34,899 nt of DNA from an uncultured Dehalococcoidaceae bacterium. GTDB taxonomy: Bacteria > Chloroflexota > Dehalococcoidia > Dehalococcoidales > RBG-16-60-22. The position numbers were made by a program, and so were the translations under genes. The first letter of the stretch is position 1. The number at the start of each line of letters is the position of its first letter. Under the pieces are notes generated by a model. The model was not told where the DNA came from. It made no database searches and worked only from the letters and a program-made list of their open reading frames with translations. The DNA is taken from the NCBI GenBank assembly GCA_964597015.1, contig CAZQWO010000002.1, forward strand, positions 3,739-38,637, read 5' to 3'. This document shows positions 33,919 through 34,899 of this stretch, in pieces.

Positions 33919-34108
33919 AAACTATCCCTCTTTCGATAATGAATCGCAGGTAAACCCACTAAATTGACTATTACGATTTATTTAGCTTATCTTAGCCTTG
34001 TCTATTTCAGTTACTTTTAAGTCTTACCAAGTAACATTCAAGACTTGAAACCGAACAGCCGTATCGCTCTAGGTAACTATTCCCCTTCGCATGTTGTTTT
34101 CTTTTTAA

Positions 34109-34899
34109 CTACCGTATCATCAGACTGGGTAACCAGGTGATAATCTGGGGGAAAACGATACATAAGCCAAGCCCGACCATTATGAGTAGAACAAAAGGAA
34201 TTACTCCCCGGATAATGTCAGCGGTAGTCACTCCGAGCTCCGGTGCCATTGCCCCTCTGACAATAAATATGGCGTAGGCAAAGGGAGGAGTCATGAATGA
34301 CATCTGGAGGTTGACGCAAATCATCATGGCAAACCAGAGGGGGTCAAACCCCAGGGCAGCACCGATGGGCGTGGCTATGGGCACGACGAGGAAGACAATC
34401 CCTATCCAGTCCATGAAAAAGCCCAGAAGAAAACAGATAAACATGATAATCCCAAAGGCACCCCAGCGTCCACCAGGAGCAGCCAGAATCAGTTCCGTGA
34501 CTACATCCCCACCCCCGGTACCGAGAAATACCCCGACAAAAGTAAAAGCCATTACTACTACAATAAGAATAAAGCCGCAGAGTCTAAGAGTCTCCTGGGC
34601 TACCTCTTTTAAGACCTTGAAGCTAAACCTGCGGTAGGCAATAACCAGAACAGTGGCGGCAAACGCACCAACCCCGGCAGCCTCAGTGGGCGGGGCGATG
34701 CCAAGGAAGATAACGCCCAGCACGGACATGACAAGAAACACGGGAGGCAGCAGTGAGTTAATGAGCATGACCAATTTTTTACCCAGAGGTACCGTCCTCT
34801 GCTCTATCGGTACTGCCGGTGCCGTATTTGGCTGCAAAAAACTCTGCACCAGAATATATCCAATATAGAGGGCCGAGAGAACGAAACCGGGTATAAAGG
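34109..34899 (-). CDS. dctM: TRAP transporter large permease (DctM-like), C-terminal part; the 5' end lies beyond the window
   Basis: Polytopic membrane protein with DctM-like C-terminal helices (..MTPPFAYAIFIV.. ; ..FPQIITWLP..). The reading frame stays open from 34849 to the window edge (..FIPGFVLSALYIGYILVQSF..). Confidence 0.7.
   Translation of the reverse strand, partial: FIPGFVLSALYIGYILVQSFLQPNTAPAVPIEQRTVPLGKKLVMLINSLLPPVFLVMSVLGVIFLGIAPPTEAAGVGAFAATVLVIAYRRFSFKVLKEVAQETLRLCGFILIVVVMAFTFVGVFLGTGGGDVVTELILAAPGGRWGAFGIIMFICFLLGFFMDWIGIVFLVVPIATPIGAALGFDPLWFAMMICVNLQMSFMTPPFAYAIFIVRGAMAPELGVTTADIIRGVIPFVLLIMVGLGLCIVFPQIITWLPSLMIR

Overview
This is a 34.9-kb bacterial chromosomal segment with about 37 protein genes and one tRNA. 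I saw no rRNA, CRISPR array, transposase or integrase. All functional calls come from reading motifs in the supplied translations and folding or aligning by hand. No database search was run.

Block 1 (1-7.5 kb) holds a divergent pair of paralogous small membrane proteins and assorted enzymes: VOC, methyltransferase, Asp/Glu-racemase family, 3-hydroxyacyl-CoA dehydrogenase family, amidohydrolase, lipoprotein glutaminyl cyclase, DUF167 and an M20 hydrolase.

Block 2 (7.5-13.9 kb) is a tightly overlapping housekeeping string: plsX-trxA-trxB-rplI-dnaB-DnaD-like-helicase loader. The loader is unusual. It has a Zn-ribbon followed by two tandem DnaC/IstB-type AAA+ modules, and G+C drops sharply at the second module. 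Ribosomal protein L9 carries a roughly 70-aa Lys/Glu tail.

Block 3 (14-35 kb) is accessory metabolism. Catalase, a GlcG/HbpS-like protein and a VOC protein sit as one-gene cassettes downstream of tRNA-Arg(CCU). They are separated by direct repeats or relics containing the tRNA 3' end, which look like att scars, but no recombinase is present. Next come an Ldh_2 dehydrogenase, an XRE regulator and a class-III aminotransferase. A NuoE/NuoF/FdhA-type Cys formate dehydrogenase follows, translationally coupled to an HpcH aldolase. The block ends with a co-directional cluster of TRAP permease, AKR, amidohydrolase, ADP-forming acyl-CoA synthetase, CitE-like lyase and tandem VOC.

Three gap-free collinear 327-aa amidohydrolase paralogs are scattered through the window. 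The lineage cannot be determined from the sequence alone; a Chloroflexota-like anaerobe is only a guess.
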